A stretch of DNA of 64,000 bases from Saprolegnia diclina VS20 (GCF_000281045.1 NW_008246118.1:191850-255849), one strand, 5' to 3'. Counted from the first letter of the stretch, positions 35,777 through 47,606 are shown. Notes: generated by a model not told the origin, from the letters alone. Translations and numbers: made by a program.

Positions 35777-36645
35777 ATGTGGTACGCAGCAACGCCGTCG
35801 ATTGGCACGACTCATGGGCCTGCGTTCACGTATTAGGATCTTTGGCTGTACGTCCTTCTACTAGGAGACCTTCATCTCATTGCTTCCTTTTGGCGCTTCG
35901 ACGACAGATGGCTCGATTGGTACGTGCATCAAGAAGACCGTGTTGGGACGTTGCCTCTTAGTCTGGAAGACGGACTTCCCGGTCGAGGACACCATGTTTG
36001 GGTACGTGAATGGCTGGCACCGGCGCTTTTGGCAGGGCAGCCCGGACCATCGGGGCGTGCCTGGCGCGCTCGGCCGCGTCGTGACGCTCATCAAGGACGC
36101 CGACATGGCGCCGTTCGCCTCGCTCGACCGCCACGCATCGCGCTGTGCGCCGACGTGGGGGCGCATCTACAAGGTGCCCGCGGACGAGGTGCCCGAGATC
36201 CTCGCCCAGCTCGACCACCGCGAAAAGGTCGCGTCTCTTCCTCTTTGCATCGGCGATATCCAATGTGCTTAGGCGGGGTACGATCGCGCTGAAGTCGACG
36301 TGCACTGCACCGACGGCGTCGTGCGCTCGGCCCTCGTCTTCATTGCGACGCCCGACAACGCGGACTTTGTCGGGCCCGCGCCGCTAAACGTCATGGCGCA
36401 CGAGGTGCACCATCACGGGGCATCGTACGCTGATCTGTGTTTACTAGATTCGAACGCGCGTCGGGCCCAGTGGCCCCAATTTGGAGTACTTTGAAAAGCT
36501 CTGCCAATGGTACGCACACTTGGCAGAATCGTGGACCCTACCCCTACCTCCACTGTGTAGCATGCGCGATATTCATGTCGACGACCCGCACTTGCTCGAC
36601 CTCGAAGCTGCGATCGCGCAGCAAGTGACGCCTCAGGGGACCTAA
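35777..36645 (+). CDS. CHAC: ChaC glutathione-specific gamma-glutamylcyclotransferase (multi-exon)
   Basis: Spliced MWIFGYGSIVWK, RRFWQGSPDHRG.PG..GRVVTL, LDHREK, GPSGPNLEY. Confidence 0.9.
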
Positions 36646-36675
36646 CCACTACAACACTGTGTTGCTCTTGCATGA

Positions 36676-37501
36676 TTAGACAATCTTGTGCCGGGGGCTC
36701 CCCGGGCGGTCCAGTGCCCGCGGGTACTCGACCGTGATGGTCGCACTGGCCGCGTCCATGGTCAGGACCGACTCTTCGCGCAAACCGTCAAAGAGGCCTG
36801 GAATGAGCCCGCGGTGGTGGCGTTGGCGCAGCTGCACCTTGACCGAGTAGAAATGGCGCTACGTGTCAGTGTTTCCCGACCGTTGTGCGATCGCTGTCTA
36901 CCTTGGAGAGGACGTCTTGGGTCCACAGTTGGAGGCGACGCAGCGCTAGCTCTCGCTCAACGCCACTCGCCTGGTCTTTGACGTCTTGAAGGGCGTTCGA
37001 TGCCCGCTGTAACACTGTGCCGAGTGTCCCTAACTGCCGCTCGAAAAGCTCCAGCCGCGCGGGATGAAACGGAGGCTGGAGCGAGCTGAGAAGGCACCAC
37101 GTCGCATCGAGGCTGGCGCGCACGTCGTCGTTAAGTGGCGCCAGAAAGGCTATCGCAGCGTCGCACCACGACAAGGGGACAACGCGCGCTGCGAGCCAGA
37201 GGTTAAAATCGGCGATCTCGCATTGCAGGACGTAGGCCGAGAAGCACTGAGACTGGAAACGATCGGCGGCAGTGAGGCGGTCGAGCGCTGCGGCCGGCAC
37301 ATCGATCGGTGTCCGCACTTGCTGGTTGGAAGCGATGCGAGAGAAGGACGGGCGCCGGGGCTGCAGCGACGACCGACGCCGGCGTGTCGAGAGCGACGCC
37401 GAGCTGTCGACTGAGTGCAACTCGGCATCCGAGTCGCTCAGGTCCGAGTCGCTCATGTCATCACTGAGTTTGCTGCGACTCGCCGTATACAGTGCGTTCA
37501 T
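36676..37501 (-). CDS. Hypothetical protein (2 exons)
   Basis: 211-aa ORF. An intron gtagac...acgtag (~36901-36860) leads to a final exon ending TAA at 36676. No family recognised. Confidence 0.55.
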
Positions 37502-37581
37502 ACTGGCGCCACAACTCCCTCACTTTGCACTTTATGCGAAAACGTCAAAGTGGTTACACACAACATTCAATGAAGCTGATT

Positions 37582-38850
37582 TTAGGCTACGATCTGCTTG
37601 AGCAGCGTCGCCTGGTCCACCGACGGCCGTGGGATCTTGCCGTTGGTGCCACCGAGGTAGTTGCACCACACCAGCGAGTCGTCCTTGCCAATGTTCGGGT
37701 TGTAGTACGTCGAGTAGCCGCACGCGACCTGGTTGACACCCGGGTCCATCGAGTTGGAGAAATGACCCGTCGTCATCCAGTTGCCGTCCTTGCTCTGGTT
37801 GGAGTTGTAGTCCCACAGCTTTTCTTCGCTCGAGTACCAGTTCCACGCCGGGCCCTCTGTGTGCATGCAGTCGTTGTTGCAGACGACAAAGCCGGCGAGG
37901 TTCTGGTTGCCGGGCGGACCGCCGTGGCCGCCGCCGTTTTTCTGCGGGTTGGAGTCGGCCCAGGCTTGCATTTTGGCGGCGAGCTCGTCGTTCCAGGTGA
38001 CGGGGCCGAGGCCGTGGGCGGCGCGGAGGACGGTGGTCTGGTGGATGATCTGGGCCTTGAGGTCGCCGTTGGAGGGACCGGGTTGCGGAGCGGGCGACGG
38101 CGACGGAGACGGTTGGGGCTGCGGACTGGGCTTTGGGCTCGGCTGAGGCTGGGGACTCGGCTGTGGTTGGGGACTAGGCTGAGGACGTGGCCGCGGCTGA
38201 GGACTTGGCTGGTAACTCGGTTGTGGGCTAGGTTGGGGCTGCGAGCTGGGCTGAGTGGTCGGCTGAGTAGACGGCTTGGGTTGAGATGACGGTGTCGAAT
38301 TCGGCGACGGCGCTGATGACGGGGGCTGGGGACCCGGAGCGGAGCTTGGCTTTCCGCTTGGTTGCGGACCCGGGGCAGTCGTCGGTTCTCCAGTCGAACC
38401 GGTCTGAGTTGTTGTCATTGCGGGGCTCGGCGTGGCATTGCCATCGACAGGCACCGTTGTGAAAGGCCCGGTTGTCGGGGCTGTCGACGTCGTGTCGCCG
38501 CTCGAGCTATTGCCCGTCGTCGACCACGCGCCATCCGTTGTCGGCGTTGACGTTACCACGCTCTCGGAGTTGCCGCCGTTGCCGCTCACAGTGCCGTTGC
38601 TGTTGGGCGCCTTCGTCGGTGTGTTGGCCGAGCTCTGGCTACTACTCGAGTCGCTGCCTCCGGCGAGCACGACGACAGCGACAGCGATGCCGACGACCAT
38701 GACGCCGGCGCCGAGGATCGCAAAGATGCGGTTTCGCTTGCGGCGCTCGAACTCGTCGATGAAGGCGTTCGTGTCCTTTGCATCGCTCTCCTCGAGGATG
38801 ACCATGTCGGTCGTTCGCGGGTCGTTGTAGCTGTAGCGCGACGTCTGCAT
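37582..38850 (-). CDS. Type II membrane CAP/SCP-domain protein with S/T/P/Q-rich stalk, copy 1
   Basis: Cytosolic N-terminus, RRKRNR followed by one TM, PSPQ repeats, and a CAP domain (LRAAHGL..VTWN, NLA, GHFSN, VACG, VWCNY). Confidence 0.88.
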   Translation of the reverse strand: MQTSRYSYNDPRTTDMVILEESDAKDTNAFIDEFERRKRNRIFAILGAGVMVVGIAVAVVVLAGGSDSSSSQSSANTPTKAPNSNGTVSGNGGNSESVVTSTPTTDGAWSTTGNSSSGDTTSTAPTTGPFTTVPVDGNATPSPAMTTTQTGSTGEPTTAPGPQPSGKPSSAPGPQPPSSAPSPNSTPSSQPKPSTQPTTQPSSQPQPSPQPSYQPSPQPRPRPQPSPQPQPSPQPQPSPKPSPQPQPSPSPSPAPQPGPSNGDLKAQIIHQTTVLRAAHGLGPVTWNDELAAKMQAWADSNPQKNGGGHGGPPGNQNLAGFVVCNNDCMHTEGPAWNWYSSEEKLWDYNSNQSKDGNWMTTGHFSNSMDPGVNQVACGYSTYYNPNIGKDDSLVWCNYLGGTNGKIPRPSVDQATLLKQIVA

Positions 38851-39459
38851 CGTCGCACAATCCCAAATGAGCCACCATTGCTGGTGCCACAACGTCGTTG
38901 TCGAAGTTCGAAGTTAACCGGCTTGACACGCATCCATACAAAACTGTCAATGGCATCTCGAATTTCGAAGCGATGTAATACGTGGCAGCCGGAAATGCCG
39001 ACATTTCATCGACGCGCCTTTTGCAGTTGGCACCGCCGAAGCCCTCACAACAACCGCCCTACGCACCTCAGGAGCCTCGTCGATGCGTCGCCAAGCCACG
39101 AAGTGTTGAGCATTGGTGCTTGAAGGTCCAAGGTTTCGGTGCCGCACCGGTGGACAAGGCTCCGTAAGTGGTGGCAGAGGCGACGCGCCTCCTGTTCTTG
39201 CATTGACCTTTACATGAGACCGCATGGAGGCGAGTAAGGGGCTAGAAGAGTGTGTAGTGTAGGTCGATCACCGTGTCGTGGGTTGTCTCCAACGTTCGTC
39301 GAAACTACAGTCCTGATCTATTCACTAGGCTGCAAATATACTTAAGTAAGGGTTCTCATCAAGAGGTGGTAATGACCACACCACTGCACGACGAAACCAG
39401 CTTTGTGTTCAGAGATCACAAAGATTATTTATATTAAATACGACAACCATAGATCCACA

Positions 39460-40815
39460 CTAGGCCAGGATATGCTTGAGCAGCGTCGCCTGGTCGACCG
39501 ACGGCCGCGGGATCTTGCCGTTGGTGCCGCCGAGGTAGTTGCACCACACCAGCGAGTCGTCCTTGCCNNNNNNNNNNNNNNNNNNNNNNNNNNNNNNNNN
39601 NNNNNNNNNNNNNNNNNNNNNNNNNNNNNNNNNNNNNNNNNNNNNNNNNNNNNNNNNNNNNNNNNNNNNNNNNNNNNNNNNNNNNNNNNNNNNNNNNNNN
39701 NNNNNNNNNNNNNNNNNNNNNNNNNNNNNNNNNNNNNNNNNNNNNNNNNNNNNNNNNNNNNNNNNNNNNNNNTGGGCCTTGAGGTCGCCCGTCGACGGAA
39801 TGCCCGACGACGGCTTTGGCGACTCAGTTGGCTTTGGCGACTCAGATGGATTTGATGACGACGATGCACTTGGCGATGGCTGGGGCCCAGGCTGCTGCGA
39901 TACTGACGGGCTGGGCTGCGGCTGCGGTGACGGACTAGGCTTCTGCGATGGCTGCGGGCTTGGAGCTTGGGTAGGCTGCGGACTAGGCTTCGGGCTCGGC
40001 GCAGGGCTTGGTTGCGGACTGGGCTGCGGACTGGGCTGCGGACTCGGTGCAGGGCTCGGTACAGGACTCGGTGCAGGGCTCGGTGCAGGCGTTGGTGCAG
40101 GCGTTGGTGCAGGCGTTGGCTTTAGGCTGGGCACCGGACTAGGTGCAGGACTAGGCCCTTGCGTTGGCTGGGGGCTCGGCTTCGGGCTTGGTTGCGGGCT
40201 CGTCGGTGCCATTGTCGGCTTTGGCTCTTGCGTCGGACTCGGGCTCGGGCCCGGTGTCGGGCGCGGCGCTTCCGTGGGCTTCAACGTTGGCTTGACCGTT
40301 GGTTGTAGCGTTGGCTTGACTGTCGGCGTCTGCGTCGGCTTGACTGTCGGCGTCTGCGTCGGCTCGTCGGTCGGCTCATCAGTCGGCTCATCAGTCGGCT
40401 CTTCGGTGATGGGCGTTGGTGTGTATGTCGTCACGACGGGTTGCGACGAGTTGGGTGCGATCGTGGGCGACACCGAGGTCGGGCGAACCGTCGGCGGCAG
40501 TGTACGCACCGACGGCACTGCCGACGGGCTCGTCGTCTTGATCACGCCATTGTTGTTGTCGTTGTTGTTGATGTTTGTGTTCATGCCGGAGCTTGTGTCG
40601 GCCGACTGCGTCGCGGTCTGCGTCAAGATAACGGCGAGCGCGATGCCAACCGTCAGGAGCGCGACTGCGATGAGGACAAGGACGCGCTTCCGCTTTCGCT
40701 TCTGAAAGTCGAGCTCGTAGCGCATCGTGTCCTTGGCGTCCGGCTCGTCGAGGACGACGAGGTCCGAGCGCATGGTCCAGACGACCGCGCCGTCGTCGTT
40801 CGGGTACTGGGTCAT
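39460..40815 (-). CDS. Type II membrane CAP/SCP protein, copy 2 (CAP domain interrupted by gap)
   Basis: KRKRKR followed by a TM, PT/PS stalk, and GDLKA...[31 protein letters not shown] flanking the gap. Confidence 0.85.
   Translation of the reverse strand: MTQYPNDDGAVVWTMRSDLVVLDEPDAKDTMRYELDFQKRKRKRVLVLIAVALLTVGIALAVILTQTATQSADTSSGMNTNINNNDNNNGVIKTTSPSAVPSVRTLPPTVRPTSVSPTIAPNSSQPVVTTYTPTPITEEPTDEPTDEPTDEPTQTPTVKPTQTPTVKPTLQPTVKPTLKPTEAPRPTPGPSPSPTQEPKPTMAPTSPQPSPKPSPQPTQGPSPAPSPVPSLKPTPAPTPAPTPAPSPAPSPVPSPAPSPQPSPQPSPQPSPAPSPKPSPQPTQAPSPQPSQKPSPSPQPQPSPSVSQQPGPQPSPSASSSSNPSESPKPTESPKPSSGIPSTGDLKAXXXXXXXXXXXXXXXXXXXXXXXXXXXXXXXXXXXXXXXXXXXXXXXXXXXXXXXXXXXXXXXXXXXXXGKDDSLVWCNYLGGTNGKIPRPSVDQATLLKHILA
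39568..39772. other. Assembly gap (N run)
   Basis: Run of n inside the CAP domain. Confidence 1.
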
Positions 40816-40821
40816 GGCGGT

Positions 40822-40838
40822 GCAAAGGCAAAATGAGA
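40822..40838 (-). promoter_or_regulatory. INR/FPR core promoter of CAP copy 2
   Basis: Minus-strand TCTCATTTTGCCTTTGC just upstream of ATG 40815. Confidence 0.55.
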
Positions 40839-41666
40839 TGCCGCGGCGTCGACCTCGGAGCTGTGAGTCACAGGACGACGCGTTCGATTTGGTAGCCAGG
40901 CGAACTGGAAATGTCCATGACACCAAGTCGAGTTTTTCCCTTCTTTTCTCAAACAATGCTTCTACAAAACGGTTTTTACCCGGGAGACTAACGCCATACC
41001 ATCTTTATACATAGGATGCAGGTTAGCCCCCTGCGTTTGATCTTGCCATTTGTATGGCGACGTCGAACGTCGCTTGTGGTCCGGACAGGCGGGTGCAGAA
41101 AACAGCTGGTTGTCAAGCACGAGCATCGAACGCCGAGATGGCGAGATACGAACCGTGAGGCTGCGAGATGCGAGATGGGAGCAGAGGAAATCACCCCGGG
41201 TTTCCACGAGCAAATATGATTTTTCTCTTTCAACCTCGTTTTTTGGCTAAGCGTTGTCCGTTTTACAAGTGAGACGCCAGAATGATGCCAAGCTGCGGGG
41301 ATCGAAATTGCGGTTTGGCGCGACAAGTAGCCGAGCTCCGTGAGCCGAGCTACTTCTCGCATCGACCAACATTGCATCCGACTAGGTATCTTGCACTCTG
41401 GCCTTCGCATACTGTCTGACATAAAACTGATTTCTGCTGCTGGCGTGGAAGCGCGAGGACGAAGCACGCTCGCTGACGTGCCTTCTATTGATCCGTGCAG
41501 CTTGGTGGTGGATGGTCGACGGGGGCTGTAGACAGGTGGTTGCGAGCCAACGAAGCTTGCACCCAACGCATGCCCGCAGGTGGCAACGCCATCGCACGAG
41601 GCCTTTTACCAAGCGTGCTACATCAGTGCGCGCAGCTTTGTGGCGGCCAAGCCCACCATTTTTGTA

Positions 41667-42277
41667 NNNNNNNNNNNNNNNNNNNNNNNNNNNNNNNNNN
41701 NNNNNNNNNNNNNNNNNNNNNNNNNNNNNNNNNNNNNNNNNNNNNNNNNNNNNNNNNNNNNNNNNNNNNNNNNNNNNNNNNNNNNNNNNNNNNNNNNNNN
41801 NNNNNNNNNNNNNNNNNNNNNNNNNNNNNNNNNNNNNNNNNNNNNNNNNNNNNNNNNNNNNNNNNNNNNNNNNNNNNNNNNNNNNNNNNNNNNNNNNNNN
41901 NNNNNNNNNNNNNNNNNNNNNNNNNNNNNNNNNNNNNNNNNNNNNNNNNNNNNNNNNNNNNNNNNNNNNNNNNNNNNNNNNNNNNNNNNNNNNNNNNNNN
42001 NNNNNNNNNNNNNNNNNNNNNNNNNNNNNNNNNNNNNNNNNNNNNNNNNNNNNNNNNNNNNNNNNNNNNNNNNNNNNNNNNNNNNNNNNNNNNNNNNNNN
42101 NNNNNNNNNNNNNNNNNNNNNNNNNNNNNNNNNNNNNNNNNNNNNNNNNNNNNNNNNNNNNNNNNNNNNNNNNNNNNNNNNNNNNNNNNNNNNNNNNNNN
42201 NNNNNNNNNNNNNNNNNNNNNNNNNNNNNNNNNNNNNNNNNNNNNNNNNNNNNNNNNNNNNNNNNNNNNNNNNNNNN
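41667..42277. other. Assembly gap (N run)
   Basis: Run of n. Confidence 1.
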
Positions 42278-43194
42278 GGCGACGGCGACGGAGACGGTTG
42301 GGGTTGCGGACTGGGCTTCGGGCTCGGCTGCGTTGTGGGTAGCCGTGTGCTGGGCGACGGCGTCGACGTCGGTGCTGGCGCGTTAGTCGATGTCGGTGCT
42401 GGTGGGTTGGTGGGCGACGGTGTCGAAGTTGGCAATGACGTCGGCTGCGAGGTGGGTTGCGACGTGGGCGTCACCGTAGGCTGCACCGTAGGATTCGCCG
42501 ACGTTGGCACTGGCGGGCTCGTCGTATAGACCGGCGGCGGCGTCGGGTACACGATAGGCTGCGTCGGGTAGACACTGGGCTGCGTTGGCGCGGGTGTCGG
42601 GTACACGCTAGGCTGCGTCGGCGCGGACGTTGGTTGTGTTGGTGCAGGTGTCGGCTGCGTCGGTGCCGGTGTCGGGTAGGTCGTTCGCGGCTTTCGGCTC
42701 TGGGGGATCGACGTCGTGCGAGACGCGCACGGCGTGCCCGACCGCGGCATACCCGCGTGTGTTGGCTCTGGCGTCACGTCACCAAGCTGCGAGTTCCAGC
42801 GGTCCGTGTGCTTGGACGGCGGCCGCGTGATATCGGGTCGCATGCCCTCGACGTCTCCGTGCGGGTGCGGGTCGAGCGAAAAGTTGTGCGACATGAACGT
42901 CGGGTCCGGCACTGGCGGCGTCGTGCTACCGCCGCTGTTCGTCGCGACAAAGACACCGGTGCGGGTTTCGGTCAGCGCCGGATCGCTCGGTGAATGTGTC
43001 ACGACCACGGCCAGCGTGACGCCTGCCGTGACCAGCACAACGCCAGCGAGACCGAGAGCGCGGCTGCGGCGGCGCTTCTGTGCAGGAGCAGCGGCGTCGT
43101 TGATGCCAAACTCGTCGTGGATGATAATGGCATCGGCCATCGTCGAGCGCGGTGGCGTCTCGGGGAGGCACGAAGAAGGGGCTTGAGAAGACAT
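42278..43194 (-). CDS. Type II membrane CAP-family protein, copy 3 (5' part; CAP domain presumably in the gap)
   Basis: KRRRSR followed by a TM and a PT stalk. The last ~50 nt before the gap are near-identical to the pre-CAP segment of copy 1 (~38093-38144). Confidence 0.7.
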
Positions 43195-43956
43195 GGTTAG
43201 CGACGCGCGGCAAAAGGAAGAGTGACTGCAGCGATACTTGAGACCTCGCTTCCGCATGCGTCAAGCATCGTCCTGGACGAGCGCACCATTCAGTTGCCGT
43301 GACCAGCCGCTAAGTGATTTTCGTCGTTCGTTCGACCATCGAGCCGGTGTTGTCGGGATCTTTGATTGGGATACAAACCTGTAGCAATCTTGATAAGGCG
43401 GCATCCGATGAACAACCAATTATTGCAAGGTACATTAACTGAAAGCAATCTAAAAAAGGTCGTCTGAATCCCAAATGGCTCATAGCGGCATCAGCAGGTG
43501 GATAATGGGATGCTGCATGAAGAAGCCAAGGAAGGTGGTATTGCCACAGTTGGCGCAAGGTGGTAAGAAGCACTGTAGTAGGTACTAGTACACGAGGCGG
43601 TGGTCTGTCTCTTCCGCAGAATTGCGATCGCTCGTTCGATGCATGGCCACGACCTGCTCTACGAGCGCCTGGGACGAGGCTTGAAGTCGCAAAGGAATGA
43701 TTCTGTTCGACTCGAAGAACGCTCAGATCAACCAAGCAACAACTAGTTCAGGTGGATCTATGCCCTTACTATGACAAAGGCGGGGGCCCATTCAGCGTCA
43801 CCAAAGATAGGATGGCGGCAAGTGACTCTGAACGAGCAGACGACGACGTGTACTCCCTTTCACTGGCTGTAGCATCTCTTAGTATTTTCTCGGTGGATTA
43901 GTGTTATGAATCGAAACGCCAGGTATAGTGTGATAGCTGCCAGCATCGCTTCTACC

Positions 43957-45602
43957 TCAACGCATGCCTGCAAACGCATTGATGTTGATGTTCTGCCCGT
44001 TCGAAGGGCCGCGCGGCGCTGCGTTGTTGACGTGATGCGGGTCCATGAGACTCGAGATGCTCAAGTTGGCCGGCGGCGTCCGGTAGTTGGCCGGTCGCGG
44101 CGCATTCGCGTAGGCGGCTGGCGCTGGCGGCGCCTGCATAAACGCAAAGGCCGACGCCTGCTGCGAGGGCGCCGGAGGGTACGCAGTATTCGGGTACCCA
44201 AAACCAGGGGTCGGGGCTGGCGCAGGAGGAAACCCTTGGTATCCCTGCTGCATGGCCGGTGCTCTGTTCATCGGCGCCGTCCTATTCACACGTCGAAGAC
44301 CCTGTCTTGGGCCCAGAGCAGTACGTACGCAAAGTTGCCCACCGGTGGCTGGCCAAAGCCCGGTTGAGGAGGCTGTCCGTAGGCTGGCTGAGGTGGCTGT
44401 CCGTAGGCTGGCTGAGGAGGCTGTCCGTAGGCTGGCTGAGGAGGCTGACCGTAGGCTGGCTGAGGAGGCTGGCCAAAGCCTTGTTGAGGAGGCTGGCCAA
44501 AGCCTTGCTGGCCAAAGCTACTTCCACCGATTACTTGCGGCTGCTGCTGCGAAGGTCTACGCCACAGATGCGTGAGCTTGTCAAAGACTCTACACAACCA
44601 TACGTTGGCTGCGAGAAGAGACCCATGAGGTCGGCGCTTGCTGGTGCTTGCGCCGCAGACTTGGCCGGTGGCGCTCCCTACGATGTATAAATCTGGCTTC
44701 ATGAGAGACGCTCTCTGTCGCGAACCGTCACAAAAGGATCGAACACGATCGCATGGGCCGAGACCGACACGTCTGGCGCCGACGTGTCGAGAAGATTGAC
44801 TTCGTGCTGGGGCGCGACTGGCTTGGGCTTGGACGGCAACTCTTGCGGCGACGGCGGTCGGTTCGTCTCTTGCGTCATACCCGACGGACCCCAGTGGCCG
44901 TGCTGGAGGCCCGCTATCGTCATAATATTCGATATTAGATGCACGGACTATGCCATAGTCCTACCGTCGTGCGACGGCGCGTGATGCGGCTCGGGCGCGT
45001 TGCTGTACCCGGCCGACGCGCCAAACACATGCGCCGCCGGCTTGGCCTTGGACCGGCGATACACGTCCATGCGCCGGTACGGCACGCGATCAATGAGGAA
45101 ATCTATGGCCAACGGTATCATTGCCTGAAGATTACGCTAGGCGGACGCACCGTATTTGGGAATGTCGCCGGCTTCGATGTCATTGATGCGCACCTCCATG
45201 GCCGAGCTCGAGCTCTCGAGAAGGAGCACGACGCTCCAGTCGCCAGGCGCCATCGTGTTGCTCATGTACTGTTCGCGGCCATCGAAGTGGACTACCTGCA
45301 CGACGGGGTTAGTGTCGCCGCATGGCCATACGCAGCAAGGTCGCACCTTCTTCATGGACATGATCGAGTGGAACAAGGTCACTTCGTGGATCGTGTCGGC
45401 CTCGCCGAGCGTGAACTTCCAGGACGACCGCTTCTTGGACGCAGCGACGTGCTCGCCAATGTTCTCGACCGAGTGCGAGACGCGCTTGGGCGGTCCGCGT
45501 TCGAGCGGGTCCGGTCGACCACCTTCATATACCGAGCGTCAACCTTCCGTCCACATGTCCATGCTGCGAGAGCGTACCAAAGATGCGCACGACGTCGCCC
45601 AT
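43957..45602 (-). CDS. Multi-exon protein with FAIM-like N-terminal beta domain and P/Q/G-rich tail
   Basis: Spliced SWKFTLGEADTIHEVTLFHSIMSMKKVVHFDGREQ...YDFLIDRVPY resembles FAIM. The tail contains NLLD, FDPF and GQPPQPAY repeats. Confidence 0.6.
44347..44518 (-). repeat. 24-nt coding tandem repeat (GQPPQPAY / GQPPQQGF), ~7 units
   Basis: ggctgtccgtaggctggctgagga units. Confidence 0.9.
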
Positions 45603-46525
45603 GCTGCGTCGACTTGCTCGGCGGCCGAAAGATCGAAAACTGCTCCACCTCTCCTATCCGGACGCCCCGTCATCCGGATAACCGTTGAAACGGGTCATGA
45701 AACAGCGGTGAAAAAGCTGTTTACAACAGCGTTTTATATCCGATACGAAACAGCGCTTCATATTCTGTTTCAAACAGAATTCAAAACCAAGAGAATGAAG
45801 ACGTTTGGTATTGCTGGTTGCAAGGGATCGCGATGAACGATACCTACGGTGACCCTATCTTGCGCCTCCAAGGTGCGTGCTTCAGTCCGTGACGATGGTC
45901 CCATCACATGCATCTTGGCACTGGGTGCATTCAAGGTCGGACCGCAGCCTTTCGCGTTGCAGTAGTAGCTGGTGCCAGTGCCAGGAACGAACGTAGAACC
46001 CTCGTATGGCTTAGGACTGTTGTCATGCTTGCCACGAAGGCAGCGTGCATCCTGTCCTTCCGAGACCATGCAAAAGAGTACAATCAAGTGGTCTGTTCGT
46101 CAGTAGCCGTCGAACGGTGCGGCAGCCCTATCAGACCTGATTGCCATCAACTTTTCTCACGACGCCAACAGCTCTGCGTTCCGTGAACAGTCCACCCCTG
46201 GTCGAGAACATGCTGCGATCAACCCACATTGCACTTCTTGCCTTCGAACTTCGCTCAATCTCGGCCCCTTTTCTTTGTACACTGTTCGGACGCGCAACAT
46301 GCCCGTCACGTCCTCGATAGCGTCGCACCCTTCCCTACAGTGACTGGAATATTTGGTGCCCGCTAGCTCGACTAGAGCGCTAGCCCGCGCCTTCCGCCCG
46401 CGTGCTAAACTTCGAATCTTTTTCAAAGCTACACTTGGAGCTCGACTCTGATTGGGCAAGGACGGCAGCTGGCGGTTTCGGCGTATCTTGCGGGTGGTGA
46501 GATCCATTGCCCGATTTGCGATCCA

Positions 46526-46951
46526 ATGCCATCGTCGTCGTCGACAACCAGTGCAAGCAGCCTACCGGGCTACCGCGGCCGCTGCCGCTACAAGAGCGGT
46601 CGCTGCCCCAACGAGCGCACGCTCAAGTACAACGGCGAGCAGGTGCACTCGCTCTGCGAAGAGCACCGCATTCGGCACAACCGCAACCAGCGCAAAGCCG
46701 ACACCAAGCGCCGGAAAGACCGTGTGCACCGTCCCGTTGCAGCGATTGAGCCGCGGTGGCCGGTGCTGCACGACGCGTCACCGGCCAAGAACGAGGTGTT
46801 GCCAACGGTTGCGACGTGGATGACGGTGTCGGAATGGACTTGGGATGTCCTCAACGACGACGAGGCACTGCCACCGTGGAGCGACGAAGACATTCAACTC
46901 CTCCTCGAGTGCGTCGTCGATGCGCCGTCAAGCCCATTCGAGATGCTTTGA
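46526..46951 (+). CDS. Small oomycete-type Cys/His zinc-finger protein, putative transcription factor
   Basis: CRYKSGRCPNERTLKYNGEQVHSLCEEH, then a basic helix RIRHNRNQRKADTKRRK and an acidic/Trp C-terminus. Confidence 0.7.
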   Translation: MPSSSSTTSASSLPGYRGRCRYKSGRCPNERTLKYNGEQVHSLCEEHRIRHNRNQRKADTKRRKDRVHRPVAAIEPRWPVLHDASPAKNEVLPTVATWMTVSEWTWDVLNDDEALPPWSDEDIQLLLECVVDAPSSPFEML

Positions 46952-47526
46952 GCCAAACTCGCCCTTTGATTTATCCTCGCCAATCGCCAATAGTCTGTAC
47001 CATAGCAATAAGAACTGCGGAATACACGCTCGATATGCTACTAAGCTGATCAGACTACAGCTCCTCGTTCCGACGGCTTTGCACGTCGATCATTGTTCTG
47101 CAGGTTGACAGATGCGACTTGGTCATCTTCTGTCGACCTGTTTGACACACTAGGATAGAGCAACTTACAGCTCAAGCATTAGAACTAGAAGTGCTAGAAG
47201 TTGGAGCGAGCATGGTCCTCAAGGTACTTCTCGTACAGTATTCGGCGACAGATGGAAGACGACGACGACCTGTGGTGGTCACGAACGAACGCAAACGAGC
47301 TTCCATCAGTCGCGCAATCTAATTGGCTGAAGCCACTCAAATGCTGACCAATCAAGTCAAGTTGAAGTCCGGGTACATCGTCCGCTCGTACTTCAACCCG
47401 AATGATGCGAGCAGGTCCTCGGCCCAAGTGCCACTGCCCGAGTGCTTTAGCTACCCCATCGCTAAGCTTACAGGCTGCAGCTGACTTGTGACGCAGTGCG
47501 TAGGGCTCGAGGGCGAAGACATCAAT

Positions 47527-47561
47527 GTACGGTACGTACGAATGTACGCTCGTACTCGTAC
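47527..47561. promoter_or_regulatory. GTAC motif cluster (6 copies in 35 bp) upstream of C69 peptidase A
   Basis: GTAC at 47527, 47532, 47536, 47544, 47552 and 47558. Confidence 0.6.
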
Positions 47562-47606
47562 ATCGTGGTCGTTTTGGATCGCGCTGGCAGAACGCAATTT
47601 GCCACC

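Noticed and set aside
44347..44518. Regular short repeats resembling a CRISPR array
   Set aside because: No spacers. It is an in-frame coding repeat in a eukaryotic gene.
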